Source of the DNA: an uncultured Desulfospira sp.
GTDB taxonomy: Bacteria > Desulfobacterota > Desulfobacteria > Desulfobacterales > Desulfobacteraceae
Length of the DNA stretch: 64,000 nt
Assembly (NCBI GenBank): GCA_963663165.1
Contig: OY760175.1
Coordinates: 1,696,001 to 1,760,000 of the forward strand
Direction of reading: 5' to 3'
Position numbers and translations under genes: made by a program. This document shows, piece after piece, positions 60,341-64,000 of the stretch. The notes under the pieces were generated by a model. It saw nothing but the letters and a program-made list of their open reading frames with translations. It did not search any database and was not told the DNA's origin. How positions within the stretch are numbered: the stretch's first letter is position 1; the number at the start of each line of letters is the position of its first letter.

Positions 60341-61351
60341 ATGAACCGGAACACCATATTAGATGCACTTAAAGACCAAACCGGACAAACCGGCCTGTTT
60401 GCGGCAGCCGATCGGGTGCGCAAAGAAAACCTTGGCGACACCGCCCAGCTGCGCGGCGTGGTCCATTTCTCAAATTACTGCCGGTGTAATGACCTTTATT
60501 GCGGCCTGCTTAAAAACAACACCCAATGCCGGCGGTTTCGCATGAGTGAGGATAAGATTGTCGACACGGCCCTGGCCATTGCCCGGGCCGGGTTAAAAAC
60601 CGTGGTGCTTCAGTCGGGTGAGGACCTTTACTACACCCGGCCCATGATCAGTTCTGTGATTGAACGAATCCTGGATAACGCCGATGTGGCCGTTACCTTA
60701 AGCTTGGGAATGCGGTCCAGAGACGACTTTAAGGCCTTTCGGGACGCCGGGGCCCAGCGGTATCTCATGAAGCACGAAACCATGAACCCCGTTCTCTATT
60801 CCAGGATGCGCCCGGGCCAGCAGCTTGCGGACCGGCTTAAAACCATCCATGAGTTGCGGGAACTCGGATACCAGGTGGGGGTGGGCAATATCGTGGGCCT
60901 GCCCGGCCAGACCCTTTCAGATCTGTGCGAGGACATCCTTTTTTTCCAGGATTTCCAGCCGGACATGATTAATATCGGCCCGTTTATTCCCCATGCCCAG
61001 ACCGTGCTTAAGGATGAACCGGCCGGGGACATGGACCTGATGCTGCGGGTGTTTGCCTTAACCCGGATGGTGACCGGCAACACCCATATTGCTGCGGCCA
61101 ATACCGTGGCCACCCTGGACCCGGAACAGGGGCAGTACCGGGCCTTGACTCAGGGCGGCGCCAATGTAATGATGCCCAATTGCAACCCGTTTCAAAAAAG
61201 CCAAAAGGATAAAATTGAATACGAGTTTCAGATAACCACCCATAAACGCTACGTTTCCGTTAACGAGGCCCGAAGCGTCCTTGCCCGGGCCAACCGGACC
61301 GTGGACAAGGGAAAGGGACACTCCCTTAAAATACGAGGAGAACAGGTTTGA
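60341..61351 (+). CDS. HydE-like radical SAM protein with altered cluster motif
   Basis: RGVVHFSNYCRCNDLYCGL, TVVLQSGED, VTLSLG, RYLMKHET, VGLPGQT, IGPFIPH, GANVMMPN. ATG 60341. Confidence 0.85.
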   Translation: MNRNTILDALKDQTGQTGLFAAADRVRKENLGDTAQLRGVVHFSNYCRCNDLYCGLLKNNTQCRRFRMSEDKIVDTALAIARAGLKTVVLQSGEDLYYTRPMISSVIERILDNADVAVTLSLGMRSRDDFKAFRDAGAQRYLMKHETMNPVLYSRMRPGQQLADRLKTIHELRELGYQVGVGNIVGLPGQTLSDLCEDILFFQDFQPDMINIGPFIPHAQTVLKDEPAGDMDLMLRVFALTRMVTGNTHIAAANTVATLDPEQGQYRALTQGGANVMMPNCNPFQKSQKDKIEYEFQITTHKRYVSVNEARSVLARANRTVDKGKGHSLKIRGEQV

Positions 61352-62103
61352 TTAAGGTAGCCATATACGGTAAGGGGGGCATTGGCAAATCCACCGTGGC
61401 CTCATGCATATCCGCCGCTTTAGGGATACAGGGAACCCATGTCATGCAGATCGGCTGCGACCCCAAAACCGATTCCACCATCAATCTTCTGGGGGGAACC
61501 CCGCCGCCGCCCATCCTGCAGTATCTTCAGGAAAACGGGCGGCCCGACACCCTGGACGCCATTGCCAGACGGGGCTTCGGCAATACAATCTGCATGGAGG
61601 TAGGCGGCCCGACCCCGGGTGTGGGCTGTTTTGGCCGGGGCATGCTCACCGCTTTTGAGCTTTTGGACGACATGGGCGCCTATGATGTTTACCAGCCGGA
61701 CGTGGTGCTTTACGACATTCTGGCCGATGTGGTGTGCGGCGGCATTGCCGTGCCCATGCGCGAAGGATTTGCCGATAAGGTCTGTATTGTCACCTCAGGT
61801 GAAAAAATGGCCCTGCTGGCCGCCCAGAACATTATCCTGGCCCTGCGCAATTTTGCAGACCGCAACTATGCTGAACTCGGCGGGCTGATCCTCAACTGCC
61901 GGGATATGGAAAACGAAGCGGAACGGGTAAAGGCCTTTGCCCAGAAAATGGAAACCGCCATTTTAGGGGTGATTCCCCGGGACAGGGCCATCCACACATT
62001 TGAAGAAGAAGGCAAGACCATTGTTGAGGCAGACCGTACCCTGCCCACCTCGGCCCGGTTTTTTGAACTGGCCAAAACCATTGCCGGGTTTGGGGACCTT
62101 TAA
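61348..62103 (+). CDS. NifH-like (nitrogenase iron protein family) ATPase/reductase
   Basis: YGKGGIGKST, GCDPKTDST, GGPTPGVGCFGRG, DVVCGG. TTG start overlaps the upstream TGA. Confidence 0.9.
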   Translation: MIKVAIYGKGGIGKSTVASCISAALGIQGTHVMQIGCDPKTDSTINLLGGTPPPPILQYLQENGRPDTLDAIARRGFGNTICMEVGGPTPGVGCFGRGMLTAFELLDDMGAYDVYQPDVVLYDILADVVCGGIAVPMREGFADKVCIVTSGEKMALLAAQNIILALRNFADRNYAELGGLILNCRDMENEAERVKAFAQKMETAILGVIPRDRAIHTFEEEGKTIVEADRTLPTSARFFELAKTIAGFGDL

Positions 62104-62148
62104 AACATTGCTCAAGGATTGAACAAACACGACCGTAAGGATATTTGT

Positions 62149-63447
62149 ATGGACCTGGATCATGCCCGCATCAGGGTTGAAAACCTGCGTGAGAAATCGG
62201 ATTTTCCCTTTGCCCCCCTGGAAGGGGTGGGCCCTAACCTGGCCGGCTGGGGCGTCATCGAGACCTGCCTGCTGCTGCCGGAGTCGGTGGCGGTCATGGT
62301 CGGGCCTTCGGCCTGCCTGCGCCATTCAGCCTTTATGGCCCATGCCAGGGGATTTACAGAACGGTTTTATATGCTGTGCGTGCCTGAACTTGACATGGCC
62401 ATGGGCAATCACCTGTCCGTGGTGGAAAAGGGCATCAGGGACATTGCAAAAACGCGGCAGGAAAAGGTAATTTTCCTGATTGTGGGGTGCCCGGATTATA
62501 TTCTGGGTACGGATCTTACCGGGGTCATCCGGCGCCTGGAAGCCGCCACCGGGAAAAAGATCATCCCCGGGGCCATGGCACCCATTACCATCGGGCTTAA
62601 ATCATCCCCCTTTGCCTCGGCCTATACCTCGTTTTTCGAGTTCCTTAAGGACACACCCCGGGGTCAAGATGACCGGGTCCTCAACCTTTTGGGCACATTT
62701 ATGCCCCTGTCGGATTCCGGGGAGCTTTATCAGGTTCTGGCCGCCGCCGGCATGGACACGGTACTTCAAATCCCCCTGTGCCGTGATTTAACACAATTCT
62801 CGCGCATGGCCCATGGCCGGGCCTCAGTGGTCCTGCACCCGCTGGCCAACGGCCTTTCCGGCAAAATGGAACAAGAGATGGGCATTCCGGCCTGTTTTGC
62901 GCCAACGTCCTATGGATTTTCCATTATCCGGGAACAGTATGAGAAAATCAGTGAGGCTGTGGGACAGCCCCTTGATACCGGGCCTTATGAACAGGCGGCC
63001 CGGCAGGCGGCGGCCCCCTTGCTGGAGATGCTTTACGGCAAATCGGCCGCCGTGGGATGCAGTATCAACGGCAGCCCCTTTGAGCTTTCCCTGTTTCTGG
63101 TCCAAAGCGGTGTCAATGTGGAAGCCGTTTTTGCCCGGGGCGCCATCAAGCCCTATGAATGGGACCTGATCCAGCAATTGCGTAAGGTAAAACCGGACAT
63201 CCATGTGTACAACGCATCCCATCCGGCCCTGTGCGGACACACCCAACCTTTTGACACCGTGGAACTGGCCTATGGCGTTGATGCGGGTATTTTTTGTGCC
63301 CAGGCCGCCAATGTGCCCCTGTCCCGCTACCAGGAACAAACATACGGGTTTGAAGCCGCTGTCTGGATGCTTGAACAAAGCTGCCGGGCCCTGACCCATC
63401 CGGTGGACAACTATGAGTGGATATACAAACACAACTTTCTCATATGA
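62149..63447 (+). CDS. Nitrogenase component-1 type oxidoreductase subunit (NifD/NifE-like fold)
   Basis: MVGPSACLRH, ELDMAMG, GCPDYILGTD, LNLLG. Follows the NifH-like gene. ATG 62149 after AAGGA. Confidence 0.8.
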   Translation: MDLDHARIRVENLREKSDFPFAPLEGVGPNLAGWGVIETCLLLPESVAVMVGPSACLRHSAFMAHARGFTERFYMLCVPELDMAMGNHLSVVEKGIRDIAKTRQEKVIFLIVGCPDYILGTDLTGVIRRLEAATGKKIIPGAMAPITIGLKSSPFASAYTSFFEFLKDTPRGQDDRVLNLLGTFMPLSDSGELYQVLAAAGMDTVLQIPLCRDLTQFSRMAHGRASVVLHPLANGLSGKMEQEMGIPACFAPTSYGFSIIREQYEKISEAVGQPLDTGPYEQAARQAAAPLLEMLYGKSAAVGCSINGSPFELSLFLVQSGVNVEAVFARGAIKPYEWDLIQQLRKVKPDIHVYNASHPALCGHTQPFDTVELAYGVDAGIFCAQAANVPLSRYQEQTYGFEAAVWMLEQSCRALTHPVDNYEWIYKHNFLI

Positions 63448-63457
63448 GGGATCACCC

Positions 63458-64000
63458 ATGAAAGCATATCATCATCTCCTTCCCCTGGCCACGGGCTATT
63501 TCGGGGTCAGTTCCGCACTTTACAACTTTGGCGGCCTGGTGGTCATCTATGGACCTGCAGGCGGGGCCTGGCACATCAATATCGAGGATGAACCGCGCTG
63601 GTACCGGGGGCCGGCCACAGTGGTGGGGGCGGGCCTGCTGGAAATGGACGTGATCCTGGGCAATGATAACAAATTTATCACCCATATCGTTGAGACCGCC
63701 AAGGGGTTGAATTCCCCTTTTGTGGCCCTGTCAGGCACCCCCATCTCAGAGATTATCGGTACCGATCTTAAGGGATTTGTGCGGAGTGTTGAAAGCCGTA
63801 CCGGCATCCCGGTGTTCATGGTGCCCACGGCCGGTTCCGAACCCTATCCCGAGGGGGCGTCCAAGGCGCTTCTGGCCCTTTCCGACAAAATCATGGATCC
63901 GGATGCCCCTAAGCAGCCCAAAGGGGTTAACATCCTCGGGGCCATTCATCTTTCCACGGGCCGGCAGGCCCATATCGAACCGTTGCTTAACGCCATCCGG
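63458..64000 (+). CDS. Second nitrogenase component-1 type subunit (partial, runs off the window; absent from the ORF track)
   Basis: Open frame from ATG 63458: MKAYHHLLPLATGYFGVSSALYNFGGLVVIYGPAGG...DEPRWY...LLEMDVILG...GTPISEIIGTDLKG...GVNILG. Confidence 0.8.
   Translation, partial: MKAYHHLLPLATGYFGVSSALYNFGGLVVIYGPAGGAWHINIEDEPRWYRGPATVVGAGLLEMDVILGNDNKFITHIVETAKGLNSPFVALSGTPISEIIGTDLKGFVRSVESRTGIPVFMVPTAGSEPYPEGASKALLALSDKIMDPDAPKQPKGVNILGAIHLSTGRQAHIEPLLNAIR

Noticed and set aside
61348..64000. True nitrogenase (nifHDK)
   Set aside because: Component-1 proteins lack the full P-cluster Cys set and recognisable FeMo-co ligands, and no nifB or nifEN is in the window.
1..64000. Numerous antisense and alternate-frame ORFs in the six-frame track; tRNA/rRNA genes
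   Set aside because: The shadow ORFs lie within well-supported genes and lack motifs. No tRNA or rRNA signature was recognised by eye.

Overview
Chromosomal window from an anaerobic bacterium. Gene content and intergenic repeat style suggest a Desulfobacteraceae-type sulfate reducer (inference). From left to right it holds: (1) a minus-strand catabolic operon for an unknown substrate (FAH-family hydrolase, 3-hydroxyacyl-CoA dehydrogenase, TRAP DctPQM, VOC protein, tartronate-semialdehyde-reductase-like enzyme, 2-oxoacid dehydrogenase E1 alpha/beta); (2) a fused indolepyruvate:ferredoxin oxidoreductase and an ADP-forming acyl-CoA ligase, divergent from a B3/4-domain gene and an IclR regulator; (3) a 7TM-DISM/HK/REC/GGDEF sensor, a GT2, a korDABC-type operon and a glycogen operon; (4) an accessory patch (~35.3-41.6 kb) with a repeat-flanked Phd-RelE toxin-antitoxin pair and an intact 2,777-bp IS carrying a DUF4338/DruA-like gene, inserted into an aldo/keto reductase gene; (5) housekeeping-type genes (acyl-CoA dehydrogenase, Usp, MesB-like core methionine synthase, gabD, clpB, nifS/nifU). 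The most striking feature is the tightly coupled operon from 55946 to the window end, preceded by a sigma54-type promoter and divergent from nifU-nifS. It strings together aspA, hydF, a degenerate orphan [NiFe]-hydrogenase large subunit, a HydE-like radical SAM protein with an altered cluster motif, a NifH-like ATPase and two Cys-depleted nitrogenase component-1-like subunits. Parts of three different metalloenzyme systems thus sit in one predicted transcription unit. No rRNA, tRNA or CRISPR array was recognised. All assignments come from motif recognition by eye, without database searches.
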